From the NCBI GenBank assembly GCA_011364975.1, contig RDOE01000001.1:1-64000 (forward strand): 64,000 bases of DNA, in the 5' to 3' direction. How positions within the stretch are numbered: the stretch's first letter is position 1; the number at the start of each line of letters is the position of its first letter. The position numbers and the translations under genes were made by a program. The notes under the pieces are model-generated. The model was given only the letters and a program-made list of their open reading frames with translations. It was not told the DNA's origin and did no database searches. Below, one piece after another: positions 29,670 to 38,676 of the stretch. This DNA is from Promethearchaeota archaeon (lineage in GTDB: Archaea; Asgardarchaeota; Lokiarchaeia; Sigyniarchaeales; SOKP01).

Positions 29670-30557
29670 TTATTTAATATATCCACTCATTTTTAATTGT
29701 ATGATTTGCCATTCGATTAATAGTTGTAATCCATGAATATTTTCTTTAGTATGAATTGTTGAATTCGGAGTGAATTTTTGATGGTATTTGGCAGTGATGT
29801 ACTCTAAAGAGGAGTTTTCATTATACCATTGTATTATCGAATTTTTAGAATCAAAGTGGAACTCTTCCATCATACTGATGGTTTCCTCGTAATCCTTACC
29901 TGTCCAAACTCCAAAGTGAGGCATACTTATCGAATTTACTCTGTTTTTTAAAAGTCTTAATTTTTCAAAAGTTTTTAGAAGCTCGGTTTCATTAAAATCA
30001 GGAGGAGCAAATTCTGGTATATGGGTATTTGGATCAAATCTATCAATTATTGCATCTCCTACAAAAATATTTTTATTTTTACTATCAAGAATAGCGATAC
30101 AGTCTTGAGTGTGTCCAAAAAAGTTGAAAATCTCTAATTTTAATCCATTTACATTGAAAATGTCTCCCTCTTTTAGGGGGGTTACATTCTCTATAACAGG
30201 TACGCTGTATCCAAAGATTTTATTCATTTTATCAGGATTCTTTAAATTATTTATCGCCTTTTCTGAAGCAAGAATTTCAATTTCTGAATCAGGTATTAAT
30301 TTTTTCAACTTTTCTACTCCTTGTACATGGTCAAAATGAGAATGAGTCAATATTATTTTATGAATTGGATAAAGTCCATACTGATTAAGCTTTTTAATAA
30401 ATTTTCTTACTCCTAATTCAGAGGGAGCATCTATCATTACTCGCATTCCCTCATTTTCTATTACATAAACCGCTAAACTTCCTTTAAGTTTATACAATTC
30501 TGCATCTATTAAATAAGTATTATCATTAAACTTTCCTTCTGTATTGATGTGAACCAT
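29670..30557 (-). CDS. MBL-fold metallo-hydrolase
   Basis: THSHFDHV, GHT, GDA, PHFG. Confidence 0.9.
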   Translation of the reverse strand: MVHINTEGKFNDNTYLIDAELYKLKGSLAVYVIENEGMRVMIDAPSELGVRKFIKKLNQYGLYPIHKIILTHSHFDHVQGVEKLKKLIPDSEIEILASEKAINNLKNPDKMNKIFGYSVPVIENVTPLKEGDIFNVNGLKLEIFNFFGHTQDCIAILDSKNKNIFVGDAIIDRFDPNTHIPEFAPPDFNETELLKTFEKLRLLKNRVNSISMPHFGVWTGKDYEETISMMEEFHFDSKNSIIQWYNENSSLEYITAKYHQKFTPNSTIHTKENIHGLQLLIEWQIIQLKMSGYIK

Positions 30558-30766
30558 AAAAAAATCACGATATTTATTATTATATGTATTATATTTAAAT
30601 TAAACGTAAATTATAAATGATATTGATAAGGAAGATTTATAATCCATTAAAATAGAATAGAATAAAATCGTTTATAGTATATTTTGATTTCTTATCTTTA
30701 GAATTATGATCGGATTTTTATAATATGGTTTCATCATAAGATATCACTATAGTTTAGGATGGTAAT

Positions 30767-31282
30767 ATAACTCCCCAAAGTGAGTTAATTTCATTTAATT
30801 CAGAAGAGAGTACGAAAAAAACATTTTACATTATTATTTTAATCTTATTTGTAGCATTTTTAATAATCCTTTCTGTCGCTGTTATTCCTTTATTTGAAGA
30901 ACAAAATAGAAAAGTAGCCTATTCGGTAATGTGGGGGATCGAAATTGCGGTTATACTACTTGTTTCATGCGTTTTACCTGGAATTCTTAAAATTCGCCAA
31001 TTTAGCATATCAAATGAAGGAATTAGAATAAATAAGCCATTTCAATTAGGTTTCAATATTAAATGGAATGATTTTAACAAGATTGAAATAAGAGAATAGA
31101 AAATAATGGCTGGTAGGGTTAGGCGTAATTTCGTAGTCTTTAGATTTTTATCTAATGAAGAAACAAGAGAAATTAAAATAGAACCAGGTAGGGACTTTCG
31201 TTAAGAGTCAATCTAAAAAATTACTAAAATTCTTAAAAGATATGCTGATAAATTTAATAAACCGTATCTAGAAGAGTTATAA
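30767..31282 (+). pseudogene. degraded two-TM plus PH-like domain protein with three in-frame stops
   Basis: One continuous frame with TAG 31097, TAA 31202 and TAA 31214; 'ISNEGIRI...IKWNDF.KIE' resembles bacterial PH domains. Confidence 0.55.
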
Positions 31283-31338
31283 TGAATATTTTTATTGTTG
31301 TTACTTTACTTTTTTAGAAAACAGCTTTAAAGGTTGCT

Positions 31339-32037
31339 TTATCGAAGTTTACTTGATTCTTTTAAATCTTTCTCGAAAAATTTGGCGCCATAATGTGAAA
31401 ATAAAACTGCCGAGGGGTTATGGGGTGATGAGCGTTCTTTTGCTATTAGAGTAGTTACTGGTGCTTCAGAAAGCCTTGTAAAAGTTATATCATGTCCCAC
31501 ACACAAACCTATTATAATGTTCATATCTGTATGTGCATCATTTAATAATAAGGCTTGAGCTACGGGATTACATGTTACCCATCCTATCGTATATCCAGTC
31601 TTAGAAAACATATTAAATTCTTCTGGAACTCCTACATCAACTTTTTTCAGAGAGCCCGTTTTGCAACAGATGCTTGCGATTTTAAAATCATACTTTTCCA
31701 AGATTTCTGCTATTTTCTGTGCCTCTCTAAGCAAACCAACACAGAAAGCTAACCCTAATTTTTTGTAGCCCATTCCTTTAGCATATTCAATGGTATCTTT
31801 TAATCTTGGCCAATGAATATAGCCTTTTGCTTCTACAATGGAGGCCACTGCAGTAGACTTTTTTACAAATTCATCCGTTTCAAAATATTTTGCTGCTTGA
31901 TTCTCAATTTCAACTTTAATTTTCATTGGACAATTATCTAATATTCTATTAGCTTTACCTACGGTACAAAATGATATACTATTACATTTATGGCAAGTAG
32001 GATAATCTTTCCCATCATTTTGTGAGGATTCATTCAT
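31339..32037 (-). CDS. DUF1847 metal-binding protein
   Basis: LGLAFCVGL, CCK.G, CNPVAQA, GLCVGHD. Confidence 0.9.
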   Translation of the reverse strand: MNESSQNDGKDYPTCHKCNSISFCTVGKANRILDNCPMKIKVEIENQAAKYFETDEFVKKSTAVASIVEAKGYIHWPRLKDTIEYAKGMGYKKLGLAFCVGLLREAQKIAEILEKYDFKIASICCKTGSLKKVDVGVPEEFNMFSKTGYTIGWVTCNPVAQALLLNDAHTDMNIIIGLCVGHDITFTRLSEAPVTTLIAKERSSPHNPSAVLFSHYGAKFFEKDLKESSKLR

Positions 32038-32158
32038 AATGTAATAAAGTTGTGATTAATTTTAGGATATATTATAAGTTTGTATAGATGAGTTATTAAA
32101 CTATAAGTTTTAATGAAACAAATAGCAAAATTGAAAAACCAGTAATAAAATTTAGATC

Positions 32159-32839
32159 TTATTTATCTAAATTTGTTGTTAATAAATTTAAAACCCATTT
32201 TTTAATCTGCATTAAGTTTTTTAGGAGTCCGGCTACATAATTTTCTGGAAAGGGCTTTTCATGGTCAAAAGTTTGAACTATGGTCATCCATTTGTTTAAT
32301 GCGAGCTGAACCAAACTAGAGCCCTCCGCTTCCATAAACATAGGTACTACAGCTGCGCTTTCTCGAGCGTCTCCTATACTAAAATAGACTTTTCTATTGA
32401 TATCTTTGAGCATAACATAATTAGCACACTCATCGAGCTTCCTTTCTACTAAAATGGTTTTAAGTAATGCTAATTTTAACTCTATATTCTTTATTGCGAA
32501 TAATTCTTTTCTTCTTTTTAATTTTGGATAAATATCATTAATTAATTTATCACCCGAACTTCCTTCAGGAAAATACTTTCTAGCTCTTAAGCAATCATCA
32601 AATGTTTCAATTGAGAGAAATTTTTTAGTATTTGAATAGAAGATCGCTTGAGAGCCACCAGTTGTCTCACTTTGAGATAATTTAATCATGATATTCCTCA
32701 TTCCGATAGAATTACACGTATGATATGCTAATTCAAACAATTCTCGGGGAGTTAAGGGATGATAGGGTTCTTCAAATTCGTTATATGGCCACTGTATTGA
32801 TATTACGTTATTAAACTGGTTTAAAAGGAGATTTTCCAT
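32159..32839 (-). CDS. hypothetical protein
   Basis: 226-aa ORF downstream of SepSecS; no recognised motif. Confidence 0.7.
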   Translation of the reverse strand: MENLLLNQFNNVISIQWPYNEFEEPYHPLTPRELFELAYHTCNSIGMRNIMIKLSQSETTGGSQAIFYSNTKKFLSIETFDDCLRARKYFPEGSSGDKLINDIYPKLKRRKELFAIKNIELKLALLKTILVERKLDECANYVMLKDINRKVYFSIGDARESAAVVPMFMEAEGSSLVQLALNKWMTIVQTFDHEKPFPENYVAGLLKNLMQIKKWVLNLLTTNLDK

Positions 32840-32936
32840 TATTGCTCCAATAAGTTATTTTTATTATAATATAGTACTTCTAGTTTTTATTATTTTTTAT
32901 CATTTTGAAAATAAGATTTGATTTCGAATGATATAA

Positions 32937-34313
32937 TTATTTTTGAGTTACCTGTTGGTATGCTTTTTCTAATCGTTCAACAGCGGAGTGAATATCCTCT
33001 GTAGATGCTCCAATCGCTGCATTCATTACAATATAAGGAGTTTTATAATCAGAAGTACAAGTACCAAATACATTTTTCTCAGGATTATAGACGCGAGGTC
33101 CTGTTACGCGGAGATTATACAATGCACCCCCTAATGCGAACAATTGCTCCGACTTCATATTATTTAATGACATCGCAACCGCAACAGGGTTAAATACTTT
33201 TAAAATTCTCTCATTATATTTTTTAGCTATAATTTTTAATTTATCTTCAAGATCTCTTCGGTTACGTTTTTGGTCTGCTAATAGTTTTTCATATCCATCA
33301 ATTCCCAATGAAAGCATGGAGATTAAAAAATTAACAATTGGGGTAGCTGAAGCTCTTCCAGCATATGCTTGGCTGATTCTTGTGATTGTCTCTTCATTGG
33401 GAGAAGCTATAATTGCTCCTCCTATAGGGGTAAGAGCATTTTTATCGGTTGATTGGATAATAGCATCAATTCTTCCTGCATCTATTCCAGTTCTAATCAA
33501 TTTCATCCACTCAGGACTTTGGACACCATATGCATTAATTACAATATGCACAAGATCATTTTCTTTAGCGAATTTACTTATCTCCTTAATATCATCATTT
33601 TCACGTGGGGGGAAAAAACTAGTAAGGGAAATGACTCCAAAACAATTTTTATCTAAGCTCTGTTGTATATCTTCAATAGGGATTCGTACTGCATCTCCAA
33701 ATATCTTACCTTTAACAGTTTTACGTCTTATACCCATTAAATCTAATCCTTTGATTAAAGATTTATGATCGATCTGCGGAACAATTACAGTTCTTTTATG
33801 CAATAATTTGTCGTCATTCCAATCAGGCCTCAGTGCACCAACAGTTAAGGCTAAAGCCATTCCAGTACATAGAGGTACAGTAATAGCACTTTTAATATTG
33901 GGAACACCGAATTTTTTAAGGAAGTTTAGGGCTAAGTAATTGGTTATATCATACATTATTGAACCTCCTGGAGCTTTAGGCTGCGGAGCTGTTAGGAATC
34001 CGCTTCGACCAACGCCATGACAAAATCCAGCAGAGGTTTTTTTGTGGAGATTTGAAGCAATTCTAGCTTCTCTTTCTCCAACTCTTGATGCTAAATTATC
34101 TTTATCTGTATCCATTTTAGAAAGCATTTGAAGAAAAAATTCAATTTGTTCCTCCGACCATGATGATTTAGGTAGATTTTTTTGTTCAAATAATATTTTG
34201 AGTGGTTTTAAGAAATTGTTAAAAACTAATTGTCCTCTATCTAATATATTTTGAGGAATTGTAGAATTCTTGAAAAATTCAATCAAATTATTAAAATCCA
34301 TTGAATTATTCAC
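32937..34313 (-). CDS. spcS: O-phosphoseryl-tRNA(Sec) selenium transferase (SepSecS)
   Basis: GEREAR, HGVGRSG...PQPKAPG, DHKS, NAYGVQ, QSTDKN, Y.GRAS. Confidence 0.95.
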   Translation of the reverse strand: MNNSMDFNNLIEFFKNSTIPQNILDRGQLVFNNFLKPLKILFEQKNLPKSSWSEEQIEFFLQMLSKMDTDKDNLASRVGEREARIASNLHKKTSAGFCHGVGRSGFLTAPQPKAPGGSIMYDITNYLALNFLKKFGVPNIKSAITVPLCTGMALALTVGALRPDWNDDKLLHKRTVIVPQIDHKSLIKGLDLMGIRRKTVKGKIFGDAVRIPIEDIQQSLDKNCFGVISLTSFFPPRENDDIKEISKFAKENDLVHIVINAYGVQSPEWMKLIRTGIDAGRIDAIIQSTDKNALTPIGGAIIASPNEETITRISQAYAGRASATPIVNFLISMLSLGIDGYEKLLADQKRNRRDLEDKLKIIAKKYNERILKVFNPVAVAMSLNNMKSEQLFALGGALYNLRVTGPRVYNPEKNVFGTCTSDYKTPYIVMNAAIGASTEDIHSAVERLEKAYQQVTQK

Positions 34314-34337
34314 TCTCTTTTTTAATTGAATTAAAAT

Positions 34338-34460
34338 TGGCGGCCCTCGAGGGGAATCGAACCCCTATCCCTCCGCAGGATAACTAGGTTTGAAGCCTAG
34401 CGTCAGAGACCACTTATCGTTAAAAATCTATAAGATTTTCAATTCCGACCGTCAAGGGCC
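34338..34460 (-). tRNA. selC: tRNA-Sec(UCA) with a 30-nt D-stem intron (34414-34443)
   Basis: 9-bp acceptor GGCCCTTGA/TCGAGGGCC, 4-bp T stem, TCA anticodon, long variable arm, G73 plus encoded CCA; 7-bp D stem after splicing. Confidence 0.93.
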
Positions 34461-34584
34461 ACTTTATTAAGAGATTTCCTTAATAAGGATATCTGTTATT
34501 ACTTTATATTTTCAGAGTTAAATGAATTTTATTATTATTGAATATTTATTTTGTTTGGATTGAATGTTTTAAAAGATACCAAAA

Positions 34585-35607
34585 TTAGTATATTGTCAAT
34601 ATCTCTTTATCCACAAACTTTCCTTTATCGATAATAAGATTATCGTCAAACCAAAGAGAACATTCCTTCATAATTCCATCCACATGCCCTTTTGATGCCC
34701 AATGTGCGCCTGTTTTATCGGGATAAGGGTTTCCAAAAGCAATGTGCACTCCTGGAAATTTCTCATCCTGCAATAAATTACTTATTAAATCCTTCAGCGC
34801 AATATTAGTACCACAGGCAAATTCTCCTACTCTGTTAGCATTTTCATCATGTTGTAAATACTTTTTAAATTCAAGGAGTAGATCGTTGTTCTCACAGGAA
34901 ATTTTTTCAACTTCTGCTCTTGAATTATTAATTGGAATAGTAACTGGGGTTTTTTCTAAATTACCATATTTTTGATTAAAAAAATCACCAAGAGTTCCAT
35001 CTACGACCATTACACCATTTATTGATTCTGGACAGGTATACACCTCTCCAGCAGGTAAATTCCCCCAAACACCCCTATACCACAACAAACCTGTATCTGG
35101 AACCCACTTTAAATTTCTTGAAAGAGTGATTTGTAAATTTGTTCCATTTAAGGTTGTTACTTTAGCGGTTTTTGACTTAACCGCAATACTCATAATTAAA
35201 AGCGTTAACCCAGCTATCTTATAATAATCTGCTTGCATTCCAGTTTGCATAATTTTAGTATTTATATTCGGCATATGGATTTCTCTGCCAGACATTGTTG
35301 CTAAACCAACTACTGGCCCCCGAAAGTTCTGGAGTTCCCCTTTTTTTGATGTGGCTGCATAATAAGTAATATTACTTTTCCTTATATCTTTCTTAATCTC
35401 TTTAGGAACGAAATCTAAAGGTCTATTACCATAATCCTCAACAATATGATAATAAACTTGATTTGTAATTAACTCGGCATATTTTTCGATTATAGCCCCA
35501 ATATGGGCTGTTTCTTTATCCGTTATGATTGTAACTTTCTCATAAGACTTTAATTGAGAACAAATCTCTACTATTGTTTTTCCTGCGTTTTCAATTAGAT
35601 TATTCAT
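34585..35607 (-). CDS. M29-like (thermophilic) aminopeptidase
   Basis: NLPAGEVY, GEFACGTN, DEK..GVHIAFG, HVD. Confidence 0.88.
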   Translation of the reverse strand: MNNLIENAGKTIVEICSQLKSYEKVTIITDKETAHIGAIIEKYAELITNQVYYHIVEDYGNRPLDFVPKEIKKDIRKSNITYYAATSKKGELQNFRGPVVGLATMSGREIHMPNINTKIMQTGMQADYYKIAGLTLLIMSIAVKSKTAKVTTLNGTNLQITLSRNLKWVPDTGLLWYRGVWGNLPAGEVYTCPESINGVMVVDGTLGDFFNQKYGNLEKTPVTIPINNSRAEVEKISCENNDLLLEFKKYLQHDENANRVGEFACGTNIALKDLISNLLQDEKFPGVHIAFGNPYPDKTGAHWASKGHVDGIMKECSLWFDDNLIIDKGKFVDKEILTIY

Positions 35608-35656
35608 TTTGGTTTCCTCTTTAAATAATTTTAAAATAATACTATCATAATTTAAT

Positions 35657-36325
35657 TCACTTTATTATTCGATCTTTAATATCTACACATGTGATTCTCC
35701 TACATCCCGGTGTCATTAGACCGAGATTATATATAGTATCGAGAAAGTTGACGATTATATGTGACGTTGCCCCAAATATTACGTAAAGTTTATTCTCTGG
35801 AGATCTATAATTAAATTTACCTACTCCAATTAAATCATTTCCAAGTTTATACGTTTTTTCTTTAAAATTTTTTTTATTAGCAAAAAATGTTATAGGTATT
35901 TTCACGATCTCCTTTACTTCATCTTCTGCCCTTATCATTTTTTGATTTTCATTAACGTAGCAAACAAAAGCCGTTATTATAAATCCTTTTGGTGTAAGGT
36001 GGTCATCTATACATCCTAAAATTTTTACTTTTTTTTTTGGAATCCCTAATTCTTCCTCTAATTCCCTTAAGGCTGTATCTAAGTAAGAGTGATCAATCTG
36101 AGGATCGAATTTTCCACCAGGAAAGGACATCTCACCAGAGTGCTTATCATTTATGTGTTTTGTTCTCCGAATTAAAACTAAATCAAACGGTTTCGCTATA
36201 TGGGGAATAATCAAAAAAGTAATTGCAGAATTGATAAAATTTTCATACTGCATAGAGATTCGATCTGGAGAATCGAATTTTTTTAGTTTTTGACTGATTA
36301 ATTCCTCATTAAAAATGAAATCCAT
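35657..36325 (-). CDS. NUDIX CoA pyrophosphatase
   Basis: HSGEMSFPGGK..TALRELEEELG, IFGATS. Confidence 0.9.
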   Translation of the reverse strand: MDFIFNEELISQKLKKFDSPDRISMQYENFINSAITFLIIPHIAKPFDLVLIRRTKHINDKHSGEMSFPGGKFDPQIDHSYLDTALRELEEELGIPKKKVKILGCIDDHLTPKGFIITAFVCYVNENQKMIRAEDEVKEIVKIPITFFANKKNFKEKTYKLGNDLIGVGKFNYRSPENKLYVIFGATSHIIVNFLDTIYNLGLMTPGCRRITCVDIKDRIIK

Positions 36326-36348
36326 TTAAACCAATAAATTGTATAATT

Positions 36349-37059
36349 TTAAAATTTATTTGTGACTTGATTACGATATTTGATATATTCTTTTAAATCT
36401 CTAATTTTTTCTAATTTAAATCTCTTTAATCCCAAATTTGACATAGTAATACCATATATTGTTTCGATAAACGTTGAAATCATATAAGCGGTTGCCCCCC
36501 AAATAGTATACTTTTGTTGAGTTTGCGGTTCTTTAAAATTAAAATAAAACACTGGGAATTTATTTCCGCTCATTTCTATCGCTTCTTCATTGAAATTTTG
36601 CTTATTTACAAAAAAATCTATGGGTACTTTTACAATTTCTTGTACTTCTCTGTCATCTTTAATTAGTTTTTCATCCTTTTTTATTATGGCTACAAAAGGA
36701 GTTATTATATATTTGGTCATTGTCGGAAAATCATCTAAACAACCAATTATTCTAATATTTTCTCTTTTTACACCTATCTCCTCTTCAGCTTCTCTTAACG
36801 CAGTATCCTTTAATGATTTATCCTTTCCAGTTTCAAATTTTCCGCCGGGAAACGACATTTCTCCTCTATGTCTTGTTCCTCGGTTGGTTCTGTGTATTAA
36901 TACTAAATCATAAGGTTTATCTTTATATGGTATAATAGAAAAAAGCACCGCAGAACTTGTGAAGAAATCATCCTTTAATTTGATTCTAGATAGTGAGTCA
37001 CATTGATGAAGATTCTTTTTAATGATCTCTTCATTAAATATTAAGTTTAATGAATCCAT
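36349..37059 (-). CDS. NUDIX CoA pyrophosphatase (tandem paralog)
   Basis: HRGEMSFPGGK..TALREAEEEIG, IWGATA. Confidence 0.9.
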   Translation of the reverse strand: MDSLNLIFNEEIIKKNLHQCDSLSRIKLKDDFFTSSAVLFSIIPYKDKPYDLVLIHRTNRGTRHRGEMSFPGGKFETGKDKSLKDTALREAEEEIGVKRENIRIIGCLDDFPTMTKYIITPFVAIIKKDEKLIKDDREVQEIVKVPIDFFVNKQNFNEEAIEMSGNKFPVFYFNFKEPQTQQKYTIWGATAYMISTFIETIYGITMSNLGLKRFKLEKIRDLKEYIKYRNQVTNKF

Positions 37060-37143
37060 GCGATGTTAGTAAAATTTTAAGTTGTTAAATAATTAAAAAT
37101 CATAATATTTAATCCTAATAAAATTTTTAGAAAGAGATTAAAA

Positions 37144-37446
37144 ATGAAGCTCCCGAAAGATCTAAGAGAAAAAGGAGATTTAAGTAGTACGGCGAGTAAG
37201 GGTAAAGAATGCTCAATTAAAGGTTGTGGAGAAACAGCAATAAGATCTTTATCAGAAAATAAATGGAAAACTTATGTTGATAAAGCAAATTTAACATACA
37301 CTGAAAATAAGCAGCATAAAATCTATCTTTGTAAGCGACACTATAAAGATGTAAATAAATTCAGAAAATCACAAGAAAAGCAATTTCAAAAGAAAGGATT
37401 TTTAGAAGACGAAAAAGGGATTGCTAAAGGAAAGAGATGGGATTAG
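37144..37446 (+). CDS. small basic putative zinc-finger protein
   Basis: CSIKGC...LCKRHY pattern. Confidence 0.7.
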   Translation: MKLPKDLREKGDLSSTASKGKECSIKGCGETAIRSLSENKWKTYVDKANLTYTENKQHKIYLCKRHYKDVNKFRKSQEKQFQKKGFLEDEKGIAKGKRWD

Positions 37447-37465
37447 CACTTAAAGGTATAATTAT

Positions 37466-37591
37466 TTAAGGGATAATTGCCATCTGTTTATATAGAGAAT
37501 TTATTAATAAATATTCTCCATTAATTAGCCCTATTGTTAATAAAGATAAAGCAACAAGAAATATGATAAAGCCAATTAACTTTTTTCTCAT
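37466..37591 (-). CDS. 41-aa single-TM peptide
   Basis: MRKKLIGFIIFLVALSLLTIGLINGEY...; fills an intergenic gap. Confidence 0.4.
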   Translation of the reverse strand: MRKKLIGFIIFLVALSLLTIGLINGEYLLINSLYKQMAIIP

Positions 37592-37642
37592 AGTTATCAT
37601 TCATTATAATATGTGAAGTCAATTAAAGATTTAGTATCAAAA

Positions 37643-38494
37643 TTATTTTATTAAATCTTCTAAAGTTTTAATTTTTATATCAATTTTTTTTAACTTGAGA
37701 TCGTAGTCTTTAGCTTTCTCATTATAATCTGTTTCTGAAATTTCTTTTGCTGAAAATCTTCCTTTGTTAAGATTAAGGTCTGCTTGTAGTTCAGCTTTCT
37801 CTAATTTTAATTCTTTTATCCATAATTTCATCCCTTCAATTAAATTTGTCCTTTCGACTTCTAAATCTTCTTTTTCTTGTTTATATTTTCCTTTTAATTT
37901 TTCAAAACTTTCCTCATCAACTTTCTTTAATTTATATTCTTTTGTAAGATTTTTAAGCTGAAAGATTTTCTTCTCAATATCATCTTGAATTCTCTGAACA
38001 ATGAATGGTTTTTCCATTTTTACTTCAATTTCTGATTCTTTTTGCTTTAATTCTGCTATTAATGTTTTAATTGCATCTAATTTCACAGTGATGGTTTTTT
38101 TATAATCCATTTCAACATCATATCTTGGATCTTTTAAAGAATTCTGGACATCTTTTAATTTTTCTGCTAAAATTTTTTTATTTAGTTGTATATCATTAAA
38201 TTCAATATAGAGAATCATTTGTTCTTTTACTTCAAAAGGAAGTGGCTTTTCACCGGATTCGAATTCTTTTTTCTTTTTATCCTTTTTATTTTTTTTTGTT
38301 CTCTTTAGATCTTCTACTTCCTCTTCCTCATAATCTTTTTCTATAGGTTCAGGTTCTACTTCAACCTTTCTAAATTTCGGTTCAGGTTTAGTTTGTGGTT
38401 TTGATAAGTTTGTTAATACTGGTTTACCACAGATAATACAATACTTATCAGTTTCTTTTAAAGGATTTCCACAAAATACACAGTATTTACTCAT
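37643..38494 (-). CDS. zinc-ribbon plus CdvA-like coiled-coil protein
   Basis: CVFCG..CIICG; two repeats of 'L...Y/F....V/I.EE.F/Y..L...Y'. Confidence 0.6.
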   Translation of the reverse strand: MSKYCVFCGNPLKETDKYCIICGKPVLTNLSKPQTKPEPKFRKVEVEPEPIEKDYEEEEVEDLKRTKKNKKDKKKKEFESGEKPLPFEVKEQMILYIEFNDIQLNKKILAEKLKDVQNSLKDPRYDVEMDYKKTITVKLDAIKTLIAELKQKESEIEVKMEKPFIVQRIQDDIEKKIFQLKNLTKEYKLKKVDEESFEKLKGKYKQEKEDLEVERTNLIEGMKLWIKELKLEKAELQADLNLNKGRFSAKEISETDYNEKAKDYDLKLKKIDIKIKTLEDLIK

Positions 38495-38676
38495 AATTTC
38501 TCACTCGAAAGATTTTTTGAATGGGATATAAAAAATGGCTATTAAGTTGAAAATACAATATATCTAATTAAATTTTATTGGAGTCCAATTATTATTGTAT
38601 TTAATTCGAGTATTTTTTAAATTTTGAATATTTTTTTAATTAATTACAAATAAAATTGAAGTATTGTAAGAATTAT

